Shown piece by piece: positions 38,439 to 51,531 of a stretch of DNA of 64,000 nt (position 1 is the first letter of the stretch; each line of letters begins with the position of its first letter). Source of the DNA: Octopus vulgaris (taxonomy: Eukaryota). A program made the position numbers and the translations under genes. The notes under the pieces are model-generated. The model was not told where the DNA came from and searched no databases. It was given only the letters and a program-made list of their open reading frames with translations. The stretch is taken from NCBI GenBank assembly GCA_951406725.2, contig OX597816.1, positions 142,290,001-142,354,000 on the forward strand, read 5' to 3'.

Positions 38439-41400
38439 GTTTGTATTTTGATTGGCTGATGATTTACTTTGAACAAGCATGTAATAAGATTTTTTTCTTT
38501 CTTTTTCTTTTTTCATTATTACAAGTCGTAATTCCAATACAGTCAATATGTTTTATTTTTAATGCTGCATTAATTTGATAGGTTTTCTTTTTTCTTTTTA
38601 TAGTTTTTATTTTGGGTTTAGATCAGAGCTGCTTTGTAGTTTCTTTCATCAAATAGAATGTTTTTTTAGGTTACTCCCTGTGGTTACTTGAAATGATTTC
38701 AACTTTTGAAAAATAGTTTTATACAGCATTTGATGCAGTTTAGATGTACAATTAAACAATATTTAAATAGGATTTTTGTCACAGTCTCTCTTGTTTTCTC
38801 AGTTAAGAAGCACTACTTGTAAATGCAAACTCATTTGTAATGAGCCTTTGGTCCATATCTAAATGGCATTTAAAATCAAATGTTCTTCCTATATTTAGCA
38901 AGTCATTTTCTGAATTGATTGCTTGTCTTCAACTCTACAGTTTTTTACTGTAGTTGATTCAATTTCAGTTGAATCTTATGAACCATTCATAAAACTGTTT
39001 GTTTTAACAACTCATATTCATGATACTGAAATTAGTTGCTTTTACTATTTTCTAAAGATTCATGTCTGCGTGCATGCGCGTGTGTTTGTGTGTATGTGAG
39101 TGTAATCAAGTATGTGAATGATGGTGGGTGGATGGATGCACATGATCAGCTATGTATACTGAGGATGGGCATTATATATGTGTGCATGTGAGTGAGCATG
39201 TGTGTATGTTTGTAACATGAAGGCAGATCATAGATTCTTAATCTATAATTAATTAGACAATATTGTTATTTTTTAAAAACTCTGATCAATATATTTCTTC
39301 GATACTTACTTATCAATATCTATAAGTCACTGATTATATCAGCTAGAGAATATCAATAGAAGTATGACTTCATATAGTTTATAGATCAATGTTCTTGTTA
39401 GAGTTGTCTTAAGTATTTTCAACTTCCACTCGTAACTCACTCAATGTTGTTCTCCCACACATTTTCTAATTCATTTATTATGTAGAAATGTCATGAATTG
39501 CATGTTAATTGAGAATTTTACCTCAAGTAATATTGTGTGCAGAATTTTGGTTTAAAAAAAAACATTTTGTTAAGTTCATGATTTTAAAAATGAGGCAGCT
39601 AGTCAAAAAACCATGCGACTGTATTTTCTTGCATAATTTTTATATTCATTTATAGATTGTAATGGAAAAACGCATATACATGTGTGTGTGTTGTGAAAGA
39701 AGAATAGTTGATACTAGAGCTTTGTACATATGACTATTTTAAGTACAAGTACTCTGAGTCTCTTAAGGAAAGCAAAGGAACTTGCTTGTTATTCTTGAAA
39801 TATCTCTTCATATTCAGTGATGCCCTTATTTCAATAATGGTAGAATCACTTGACAAAAGAGGAGAAAATATATTTTATGAAGCATCATTCTTTTGTTTCT
39901 TAAATGTAGGAGTCCACTTTTACTGATAGTCTAATAGAAATTAAGGATCAAAGGATGCTTATTTCAATCTTTGATATTATTACATGGCCGACTTTGACAA
40001 CTGAAGGTTGTGTTGCTGTGTAAAGCAGATCTAATTTAATTTTGCTTATAGTTCCCCTCACCGTTAATCATCGTGGTGTAGAGAAAATGAAGGAAAGATA
40101 ATCTTTAATTCTCTGTAGAATTTAATCAATTAGAAACAACAAAATGGTGTAATGATGATAAAGAGGTCAGGAAAATATTTTTAAAAAATACAATAAATCT
40201 TATATACAGAAGAAAGTCTGCTGTGCATATTGAGAGTGGGGAATGGATTTTGTCAGTCTAAATTTGTTAATCCATTTTCATTGTTGAATTCAAAACAAAA
40301 AGAAGATTGATACTTTCTAGAGTTGAGGATGGTTTTGCTTAAGAATTTTATTCAGACCTTTAGCATGAAGTTCTTTTATTTTCCTTTCTATTGTATTTTG
40401 GTCATTATTGGGGTTTCTAATCAGTGAAGAAAATGTTATTAGTCATATTCTCTCTCTCTCTCTCTTCCAGCAATATCTTTTCTACATTCTTTACATTCAG
40501 CCAACATACAATTAGTATATTTCTATCAGTTGTGAGGTATAACCAATCATTAGTTACATATACATCTCTTGAGGGAATTCGATACAGTAATTCTAGCATC
40601 CAATTTGTCATCATCTTATAATCAATGCTTCTGCATAATAAGGAATGGTTTCTTTTGAGAAGATTTATTCTTGTTGGGTAGAAACAATTTATACCCATAC
40701 ATGCATGTTTACACATTCTCAAACACTTTTTCTTACTTTCCCTTTCTTCTTCACTACCTCTATTGCTTGCACACATTATATAACTATCTGCCTCTTGATA
40801 TATATATATACACACACTTTCCCTTTCTCAATCTGACACATGCTTACAAACATGTATTCCTCGGTTGTAATGTTTATTTTGAATAGGCTTCTAAAATGAA
40901 ATCTCTTTTAAAGCAAATATCTCTTAATACAATAGAATATCACTAGTGTTTAAATTTTTTTTCCTCCTTTGAAATTACAGTACATTATACAGTAATCATT
41001 ACTAATCCTCTCCTTCTCAGTTGGAGTATAAGACTTAGACAATTCAGTGCCATTCAGACTGATCTTTAGCAACTCGCACTTCCTTTTGCCGTGTTCTATG
41101 CCAAGTGTCGTTTGGCCAGCCTGGCTTTCAGTTTTCAGGTGTTGTCCATCTTAATGTTATCTTTCATATCTTTTCCTGGTCCATTCTATATACAGCTAAA
41201 AATTATTTTTGCTATAAAATATTTGATGGCAATGATATTTTACTGTTATTTACTGAATGCTACTAATTGTATTTAAACATAACTTTGTTCTCAGTTTTAT
41301 TAAGACAATTGTCATATGGATTATTTAGCTAATGGTAAATCATGACATCTCAAAGATTCTTTTAACATTACTATGTTTATTAGCCTTTACTCCTTTTCTT

Positions 41401-42567
41401 CCCCCTTCCTCTTGCACATCTTTTATTTCTCTTTCTCTTCTTAAATTTTAACTTTTCCCTGTATCTCCTCAAATTTTCATTGCTCTGAACCTATTATTCA
41501 TTCTTCTTAGATGTGTCTGCTCATATTAAGAACTGATTCAGTGAAACATCTCTACTATTCAAAAACCTCATGAGCTTCATTTCTAAAATTCTGTATATAT
41601 ATCTGTCTTTCACTTCTGATACCTTCCTAAAAAAAGTCAATTCAGAAAGCTCAGTCTGCAACATTTAATACAATAGTAGTTTTCCAAAATTAAACAGTTT
41701 GCAGTGGTTTGTCTTTGTATATAATAGACTATGCTCGAATGGTCATCATCTACGATGTCAGAGTTTTTACCCTTAACATGTTGATTACTCCAAGCCTCTG
41801 TAATCAGTCATGTACTTCTCTGTAGTTAAACTTGTCTTCACAGACTTTATTTTCGTGATTTTCACTTCGGTACATCTAATTACCAACCTTGGAGCCATTC
41901 CCCGTCTTCCTTTAATATAGAACACATGGAGAGGATTTACCTGTCACCATAAGCATTAACAAATGAATAGATTCTGCATTTAACTAAAATCTAAAAAGAA
42001 AAATAATAAAATGAAATATTTTTTCTCATAAGCAAGGCAAGATCATTATTAAAACTGTCCCTCTAAACAGCATAAATATAAAAATCTTTCAAACAACAAA
42101 AATAGTTTTGCATTGTGTTTAATCATAAATATATGATTTTATGCAATCAGCTACTTCTGCACTGCTCTACCGATGAAATATAAAGTGCCTTACCTTTGAT
42201 CATCCCAAAGTTTTTGTCATGGTTTCCAGAATTAGCTATTCTTTTGTTTATATCCTCCAAACAGAACCAAATACACTAACACTGAAAATCTGTTTCACTC
42301 ATATTGATTAAATTGTTTTTTTTTAAAAGTGCATCCAGCACATTGGTCTAACTACATATATTTTTGGTTTTGACTTACAAGTGTATCAACTTTCTTGACT
42401 GATCTTGTCCAATCTGCCCTCAGAGACTATTTCAAACATTCTTTTTTCCTTATTTCCTGTTATTGATTTCTTTGTTTTCTTTCTTTCACATACATGTGCA
42501 AATGCATGTTTGTAGTTATACACAATGCTGCAAATATTTTTAGATATTTTCTTCATCTCTTTCTCAG

Positions 42568-42687
42568 GTTGTGTTGGCAAATGTATGAGTAATCCATGTT
42601 TCAACGGAGGGACATGCTATGAAGGTTACTCTCATTATACCTGTGATTGTTCCTATACTCCTTTCAGAGGTTGGATGTGTGGAAGAG
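42568..42687 (+). CDS. Nrx-IV: Neurexin IV/CNTNAP internal exon, EGF-like domain (120 bp)
   Basis: GCVGKCMSNPCFNGGTCYEGYSHYTCDCSYTPFRGWMCGR. Acceptor ctcag|, donor G|gtaagc. Confidence 0.97.
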
Positions 42688-42723
42688 GTAAGCTCTTAAC
42701 TCTCTCTCTCTTTCTCATTATAT

Positions 42724-42950
42724 ATCATCATCATCTTTTATCATCCGTTTTCTATGCTAGCATGGATTGAATGGTTTGACCATAGCTGTCAAGCAGGAGA
42801 ACTGCTCCAGGTTCTAGTCTGATTCAGCTTGGTTTCTATGACTGGATGCCCTTCCTAATGGCAACCACTTTACAGTGCTTCTGGGTGCTTTTTGCATAAC
42901 ACCAGCACAAGCACCTTTAAGTGATGCTAGCATGAGCATTTTTGATGTGG
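42724..42950 (-). mobile_element. RTE 3'-tail fragment just downstream of the EGF exon
   Basis: ATCATCATC...CTGGATGCCCTTCCTAATGG. Confidence 0.8.
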
Positions 42951-44429
42951 CACTAGCACACACATATATTGTATATAGCAAATTTAAATTCAGTAACAAA
43001 GATAGATTCACTTTCAGTATCTGTAAATATTATATCATTGTTTTTTTAGCAACAACATGATTGAAAAAAAATGCCTTAACCTAGCTTTTGAATTGGTCAT
43101 AACAAGGCCAGACATTTTACCTGTTTTATCTTCAAACCAACCAGGATCATGCTTCTCACGTCTACCCTATAATGTCATTCTAAAAATAGACAGTCACATC
43201 ATTGAAATCTCAAAGCTATGAGATAATGCATTATTAATTTAAAACGATATGAATAAATAAGCATTACATTTGATAGAGTACTCTGAATGCATGCAAAATA
43301 CAAATATAGTGGAGTCTCAAATGAATTGAAAAAATTATACTTAATTGAAAAATATACTGAATTGAAAAAACAATAATTAACTATCAAATTTGTAATTTGA
43401 TAGCAAAAACTTTATCTAGATGCTTTTTGTTGTTTTTTCTGATAGCATTAAGATCAGTTAAGTGAAAATTTGGAAAATATAGAGAATGCAAATTTGAGTG
43501 GATTTGGTCTTTAAAGCTTTCTAGTGAAAGCAGCAAATATGTTTCAGTCTTGTATGGTAGAGGTGGTGATGATGATGATTCTTTTTAATCTTCTCATTAC
43601 CATGTGTATCCTAGTTTTAGAATAAGTATACTGTGTCTTTTCTTGTGATACAAGGCAGCTGAAAGAATTAATGAGAAGAAGGGCAGTTAGCTATAAAACA
43701 CTATCTTGAAAAACCAATTCAATCCATGTCAGCATAGAAAAGCAGATAGATGACAGTAACTTTTAGTCTTGCCTACTGAGTAGAACATTCCTTGCTGAGG
43801 AGATCTAATAATATTAAAGCATCTGTGGCTTTAGAGATAAGCATCTATCACACATGTAAGGTACATGCCTTAAATCTGCATTATCTGTGTTGTCCAACAG
43901 TTTTGATCAACCTGTTTCCTCTGCTTGTTTTGGGCCAACCATGAAGTTTTGGGTCAACTATGATCCATTTGATTTTTGATTTAAAGTGCTACAGCCATAA
44001 ACAAACATCCCATTTTCTTTTTTCAGAAATAGTATATCTATCTACATCGCTAAATGTGCTATTTATTTTATGTTAAGATGTGATAGTTTGAGCATAAAAA
44101 TGGCTGTTGAATAAATTAAAATTAAAATTCACTTCTATATTAATATAATTTGGATTTCTTATTTAGACACAGTGCTACAAATTTATGTGGAAGAGGGATC
44201 AGACTCTGTGACATTGAATACCTATCTCTTAAAGACATTAGTGACCTAAGTAAAGTAAAGTTATTTTGTGAACTCAACTTCTCAGGAACTAACTTTGACT
44301 CTGTTACATGCCTTTTGAAAATACTTTCTGACTTAGGTAAAAGACCATCAATAAATGAGATAGTCAAGACCATCAACCCCATTACTAGACAGCCATCTGA
44401 AAATAACAAAATGCATTCTTTATGTCTAG

Positions 44430-45845
44430 CTTAATGTGGATGTTTTGTTAAAGTGCCATATACTACCTTATTTACCTTTGGAGAACCTCTGCATAAAAGT
44501 ACACATATTTAGATCATTGGCAAATGGGCATCGTCAGCTATTGGTGCATGAACTACCAGACCATATGACTTCATAATACCCCATCTCCTCAGTGGTAGGC
44601 ATTCACTCACTGCATATCAGTTAAATCTCGCTGCCAAATGATATATACAGTTTCATATTTCTTTATCGCCCACAAGGGGCTAAACATAGAGAGGACAAAG
44701 AAGGACAGACAAAGATATTAAGTCAATTACATTGCCCCCAGTGCATAACTGGTACTTAATTTATCAAAGGATGAAAGGCAAAGTTGACCTCAGCGGAATT
44801 TGAACTCAGAACGTAAAGACAGACGAAATTCCACTAAGCATTTCGCCTGGCATGCTAACGTTTCTGCCAGTTTGCCGCCTTTATATATAGATATATAGAG
44901 TTTCAGTGACTCTTCAAGCACTGATGATGCAAATAGCCAGCAGGCTTATTAAAAAATAATTATTAGTGACAGAAGCACTATTAATACCAAAAGGCAATCA
45001 TTATATCCAATTTAACATGAATGTTTCGTGAGACTGCTTAATACTGCATTATTAACCTTGAGGACTCATATGGATGCATGGCACAAAAAACACACATTAA
45101 TATTGTTGGCATTCCAGAACCATCTGTTACAGGTGCCAAACCTCCCTGATCATGTGATTTCGACATACCCCACTTTCTCAGCAGCAGATTTCCCTGCAAA
45201 CCAGCCAAATATCACTGCTAACAATATATAAAATTTTAGTGTCTCTTCAAGCACTGATGTCACAAATAGCCACTGAGGAGATAGTATGTCAAAATCATGT
45301 GATATGACCATTCCAGCACCCATAACAGACAATTCTTTTCTACCAATGATATGAATATGTATGCTTTTATGCACCATGCATCCATATGAAAGTTCTCTCA
45401 GGGTAGATTACATGGTATTAGGCATTCTAACAAAATACCCCCATTAAGTTGGGTATAAAGATTGCTTTTTGATCTTAATAGTGCCTCTGTCACTCGTAAT
45501 TACTTTTTAATAAGCCTGCTGGCTATTCAAATCAGTGCCTGAAGAATCACTGAAATTCCATATCTCACTTGGCAGTGAGACTTGGCTGGTATTCAGTGAC
45601 TGGACATCTACCAGAAAGGGTATTTTGAAATCATGTGATCTGGTAGTACCTGTGCTCATAACAGATGATTCTAATCTGCCAACAATATAAGTATATGTGC
45701 TTTTATGCACACCATAAACCCATAAGAGGTTCTTCCCAGGTAAATAAAGCAGTATTCAGCATGCTAACAGTGCATTCACATTAAGTTGGACATAAAGATC
45801 ACCTTTTGGTACTAATACTACTTCTGTTGCTAATAATTATTGTTT
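44430..45845. repeat. Diverged ~335-bp unit repeat: about two forward units then about two inverted units
   Basis: CTCTTCAAGCACTGAT at ~44910 and ~45243; ATTAAGTTGG at ~45444 and ~45780; AATAGCCAGCAGGCTTATTAAAAA (44933) is inverted as TTTTTAATAAGCCTGCTGGCTATT (~45504). Confidence 0.85.
44656..44881 (-). mobile_element. Full-length SINE family A copy with TSD
   Basis: Complete unit; flanking ATATATACAGTTTCA (44641) and ATATATAGAGTTTCA (44891). Confidence 0.9.
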
Positions 45846-47144
45846 TAGCAAAAAACTGAGCATAATTATAATATTTCTGAATGACTGTGGTTATTTTAAG
45901 AAATTACAATAAAAGATACCCAAGTGGCATTTATATTTTACTACATTGATTCTTCATTAAATAAATATTCTGAAGACTGTGCTTCTGAAAATGTAATCCC
46001 TAATCTAGTAAGCTAAAAGAAATGTACACGAAATGTCAAGCAGATGTAAAAAGTCATTGATTTAAATTCTGAAATATTTAGACATGATCTGCTGTGAGCA
46101 GAATCATGTCTAAATATGTTTGAAATCCAGCAACCAAAATTTGTTGGAACTGCATATAACTAGCATTTATTTTTTATAAAGTATTAAAATAACCAAGAAT
46201 TATGAATAAAATTGCAACCTAAACAAAGAAGGTGACATGACTCAATTGCAGGCAAGCAATCACAATGTAAGTTAGAAATTATAAAAGAAAATTTTCATCT
46301 ATATAAAACATGAATAGATTATAGAATAAATATGAATTTAGAATATCAGCTTTTTTATTCCATGATTGTAAATGCTTCTGTATAATAGCGGGCAATATTA
46401 TAATAATGACTTTTTTGTAACTATGCACTGCCATATAGTTTAGAACTACAAAGATTGTGAGAAAAGGAATGAATTTTTTTTTTTTTGTTTTGAAAGACAA
46501 ATTTTGATACCATGTTCTGATATTTCCTATCATCACAAAATGCATCTCTTCGATATCCTTTTCAACAAAGATTTTCTATTTGGAAAGGTTATTCTAATAA
46601 AATGACTTTCAATATGTTCTCTTTTTTAACACCAGTTTTCTATCTATATTTATTGCAATCCTGTGTTTTGCTTTAATGTTAGCAGTTGGTTCAATAGTCC
46701 TCAGGCTATTTCTATTAATCATACATGTGCAAATTATAAACAGTATATTTTATTTTAGGTGATATTTGCCTCTTAAGAACAGAGTTAAATGTTTTCCATT
46801 TCTGCTGTATGTGATTAATCTGCTCTCTCGCCATGAACGACTATTACATAGCTAATATACAAATGCTACAAGATCTGAATTCTTTAAATAAGGAGACCTT
46901 ACAGTATATGCATTGCATGAATTTTATCAGGCATGTACCTTACATGTGTGATAGATGCTTACTAAACATATCCTTTATGGTAAGCTGGTATTTAACACAA
47001 AGAAACCCATACATTTCAGCTTAAAATAGCAAATTCAGAGCTGTAGCTATGATTTGGCACATTCTGGTATACAAAATATCCATTTGCTACAAGCCAGAAT
47101 GGAACAGCCATATATGTGTTGTATAAATGGTTTATATTGAATAC

Positions 47145-47368
47145 TCTTTTTTTTCTCTTTTACTTGTTTCAGTCATTTGACTGCAGCCATGCTGGAGCAC
47201 TGCCTTTAGTCGAGCAAATTGACCCCAGGACTTATTCTTTGGAAGCCTAGTACTTATTCTATTGGTCTCTTTTGCTGAACCACTAAGTTACGGGGACATA
47301 AACACACTACCATCAGTTGTCAAGCGATGTTGGGGGGTACAAGCACAGATACACAAACATATACACAC

Positions 47369-47410
<42 letters not shown>

Positions 47411-47555
47411 GCATACATACATACATATATATGACAGGCTTCTGTCCACCAAACTCACTCACAAGGCCTTGTTCAGCCCAAGGAGCCACGCAGTGGGAAT
47501 GAACCCAGAACCATGTGGTTGGTAAGCAAGCCACCCACCACCCAGCCATTCCTGC
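47145..47555 (-). mobile_element. Full-length SINE family B with internal (TA)/(CA) microsatellite
   Basis: 5' GACGCAGGAATGGCTGGGTGG...GGGTTCATTCCC; 3' CAAATGACTGAAACAAGTAAAAGAG. A partial plus-strand copy is adjacent at ~47615-47930. Confidence 0.85.
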
Positions 47556-47987
47556 GTCTAAATGTTTATATTAAATGTTTATATCAAAATTCTAAAATAA
47601 TGCTGTTAAATACTGTGTGACACCTTGGGCGTTTTCTACTATAGCCTTGGGCTGACGAAAGCCTTATGAGTAGATTTGGTAAATGGAAACTGAAAGAAGC
47701 CCAATTATATATATATATACACACACACACATAATCATCATCATCATCGTTTAACACCCACTGGTGTCACCACCATCACTTTACAACTGGTTTTGGTGTG
47801 TTTGCATCCCCATAGCTTAGCAGTTTGGCAAAATAGACCGATAGAATAAGTCCTGGGATCGATTCATTCAATGAAAGATTTAAAGCAGTGCCCCAGCATA
47901 TCTGCAGTCTAATAACTGAAACAGATAAAATATATATATAAGGATTTAAAACTTTTTGTTTAATGCTTACAATTGTTTCTGTTACAG

Positions 47988-48173
47988 AGGTCGGTGCCAA
48001 TATGCTACCCAACTATATGATATCCTACAAATTTGATGAATCACAGGGGCTTTCTGCTTCTGATTTCAACACAGCAACTATTGGTTTCTCTACTGCAAAG
48101 AAGCAAGGTATTCTTATGCAGATAAGCAATAAGGAGAATACTGAATATATATCAGTTGAAATTAACAATCACG
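47988..48173 (+). CDS. Nrx-IV: Neurexin IV/CNTNAP internal exon, start of final LamG domain (186 bp)
   Basis: EVGANMLPNYMISYKF...IGFSTAKKQGILMQI...EYISVEINNH. Acceptor ttacag|, donor G|gtaaat. Confidence 0.95.
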
Positions 48174-48258
48174 GTAAATAATATTCCTTTATTCAAATAT
48201 TCTCTCCCTCTCTCCCCTCTCTCTCTCTCCCCTCTCCCTCTCTCCCCTCTCTCTCTCT

Positions 48259-48301
<43 letters not shown>

Positions 48302-48315
48302 GTTTTTTCCACTTT

Positions 48316-48537
48316 TTCACCCCTTGCGGACTGGAAGTGGTACTGACTGCATGGAAGCACTGTGGGTGTGAGCAATGCAATGTCTTGCTCTGTGCATGTT
48401 TTCAAATACACCACACTGAGAAGAATCTGTAAATGCACTGTAAAATTCCTTGTATGAAAAGTTATGTAGTAACTGAACAGCATAATACCAGTACACAGCA
48501 CAGACCGTCAGTACTAAATTTGTCTGCAAGAGGTTAA
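48316..48537. mobile_element. Possible piggyBac-type MITE
   Basis: Degenerate TIRs TTCACCCCTTGCGGAC / GTCTGCAAGAGGTTAA. Confidence 0.45.
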
Positions 48538-49739
48538 AATGAGGTATTTCAGCCAATAATATCTGCTAAAAAATGTATTACTTCAAACAAATATTGTTTG
48601 AATTATAAGTATATTTAGTTTTTTCTTCTATTCATTTCTTATATTTATTCCTTCCAACCCATGCCAGCATGGAACATGGACATTAAATGATGATAATGTG
48701 GAGGATTTTTGTTATTAACCAATATTTTTCTAAATATTTACGAAAGTCATTCCCTCTGTTTTATGAATTGTATTACTTTTTACATTTTAATAAGCAGTAT
48801 ATATGCTGATGTGGACAGATGATAAGCACAGACTAGAATATTAATAAAGAAAGTACTGCTTGTGTTTTCTATTTGTCTAATATATTGCTAGTTGTCATAT
48901 CTATTTGTTGTTGCTTTACTCCAGATCAACCCTGATCAAACAGACTTATAGTCAATGGCATCTCTCAGGCATGAATATTCCATTGTTTTAGATTTATCTA
49001 CGACTGTATTACCTTGTATCCTTTCTTTTAAGATGATAGGATGTGATTTTAGAGAAATTCAGCTGCTATTTGTAGCAAGTCAAGGGGTTGCGTAAAAGTT
49101 CCCTTAGTTGCCTTATTTGTCATGTTTATTTTTTACTTTGTTAAAATCTATTTCTCTATAATACAATACTGGGAAATTTTAAAACAATTTTTATCGCTTT
49201 AGTTATTTCACTTAGAAGCTTCAAAGAAAATTTTTTGATGAATTATTTCCAAATCTTCCATTTGCTAAAATGCCTTACTTAACATATTTGTGTAAAACCT
49301 TTTTTGACAACCTAAAATTTTGGTTTTTAGTATTTATATTGATCTTGAATATCATTAGCTTTCTGGTGACAAAAGTGTAGCATTATAATCAAATTTTATT
49401 GGGAAATGGTTTGAATAAAAATGATAATTGTTTTCACTAAAGCACAAAAAAGAAGAGTTCTTTTTTTTTATATCTTTATAATGCTAACTCTTGACTATTG
49501 AACAAATATAAAATCAAATTAATGATTCTAATTTTCTGAAAGATTTTTAAAAAATTCTATTTATAGGGAAATCCAGTTTTTAACAAGTTGTCTATACATA
49601 TTAATAATATTCAAAGTATGAAGTCGATAAGACCATTCCAAGGTCTTCATCAGTAAGACAGAGTTAACGATAATTACTCTAATAAAAGAGAAATTATGCA
49701 AAGCTAAATAAATATAGAGACATGTCTGTACTAGCGCAT

Positions 49740-50045
49740 CTGTTACATGCATTGGTGTGGATATGTCCTCCATCTCCCACTAGATCATTCTACCAGGTTT
49801 TTACTCTCATTCAATGCAGCAGCTCTAGGCTGGAAGAGGCCTCAAGGCAAGTCCCACACCATATGACTGGACATGATTAGGGAAGATCTCCAGAGGCTCA
49901 ACATCACCATGGAAGATGCAAAGGAGCTGGCATGAGATCACCAGCAATGGAGAGCACTGGTGGGCCTGGCCAGCTCTACACATGATGACACCTCTGGAAC
50001 CGCTAACTTGGAATGACCTCAGCCCCATCAAGCAAGAGCAGGAAG
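49740..50045 (+). mobile_element. RTE-like LINE 3' fragment
   Basis: GWKRPQGK...LDMIREDLQRLNITMEDAKELA*DHQQWRALV. Confidence 0.7.
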
Positions 50046-51310
50046 CAATGTATTAAGAAATAAACAGAGATCTATAAGATCTGAATTATTCTCAAAGTAC
50101 CTCATGGTGATGAGAGTTAGTATTTACAGGAGAGATCAAAATTAGAAATGATACAGTTGCAATAGAAATGTCACAAGTTGTTTATTATTGCAAATGTTAT
50201 TGAAACAGAAGGCTTTGGTTTTCTCTACAGTAGACCATGGCATCCACAAGAGTTTGATATTGAATTTTAACCTCAGATCAGACTTGATCTAGCAGACATA
50301 TGATTAAAGGCATTACAACTGTGATCATTCAATCTTTTTTTTAGCCATGGAAAAATGTGGTCCTAGATATTATTATACATGTTCCTTTTTTTCTTTTTTT
50401 AGAGGTTACAGGGAGTGATCCAGTTGTTGCTACTAGCAGATCTAGTAGTCATGTAGAGGCTCCATTATTGGTTTGCCTATGAGAGTTATTTCTTCTTATC
50501 AGTACATGGAGTATACATAAAAGAAAAAGTTTACAAGCAGCTGAGAAAATTGCAAACTGATTGAGTATACAAATGTTTCCAAACAGAGAGTGAACAAACT
50601 ATGCCAATGTTCGTTGATATATTTAACTGGATACTAAAAAGAGAAAGTGCATGTAGAGAGTACTTTCAGTGAAATGGGTCAATATGGGAGGGTTTATTCG
50701 AGGATACATCATCACTCATCTCTTTTCAGAGGTAGTAGTATCAGATGCTCTTGAAAACTTGTAGCTTTAGCAGGTGGCACTATTGAGACATGGTCTGAGC
50801 CACTAATAATCAAAATTTACCAAGAGAATCAACCTTTTATAGAATGGAAAATGAGAGCTAGCTCAGTACAAAAAAAAATTAAGGGAGGGTTCGTGGAGTT
50901 ACTCAATAAAATCCTGACTAAATGTTAATTCATTGAATTCATTTCTTACATTATGAGAAACAGCTTGAAAGTATTTCATTACTTATAGTTTTGTTATTTA
51001 CTACAAGTCATTACAATTGTAGTTAACTGTAATTTAACATTTTTTCCATATGGTTATCTGATCCAAGTCTATTTTTTCAATTGCAATTGTAATATCTTGC
51101 TCATAGTAGCATATCTCCTGTGTTACTATCACCAACAAGATGAAAGCAACAAGTGGTAAGATATGCTCTGAGAGCATATATTACCACTTTTGGGTGTTTT
51201 CTTCTACCACAGATGTCCTACACTGTCAGCCAATTTAGCCACCTTTCTCCCCTAATCATTCTTCATCCATTCACTGCCTCCATACTTGCAGTACACATAA
51301 GCTGATAGGT

Positions 51311-51531
51311 TTAACCTTTTAGCATTTAAGCCAGCCACATCTGGCCAGGATATTCTACTTGTTTTCTGTTCAAGCTAACCAGATCCAGCTTCTCATACCA
51401 ATCCTACAATGTCACTCTAAAAGTAAACCATCACCTCATTAAAGTCACCAACCTACAGCATAATGCATGATTATTTCAAAACAATGCATAAATATTACAT
51501 TTTATGATTAATTTGAATGCTAAAGATTTAA
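51311..51531. mobile_element. piggyBac-type MITE (TTAA ends); related copies at ~43075-43300 and ~62600-62745
   Basis: TTAACCTTTTAGCATT...AATGCTAAAGATTTAA; shared internal CCTACAATGTCA.TCTAAAA in three copies. Confidence 0.7.

Noticed and set aside
44140-44434. Overlapping 89-aa and 94-aa ORFs
   Set aside because: No recognisable motif, splice context or similarity to Nrx-IV.
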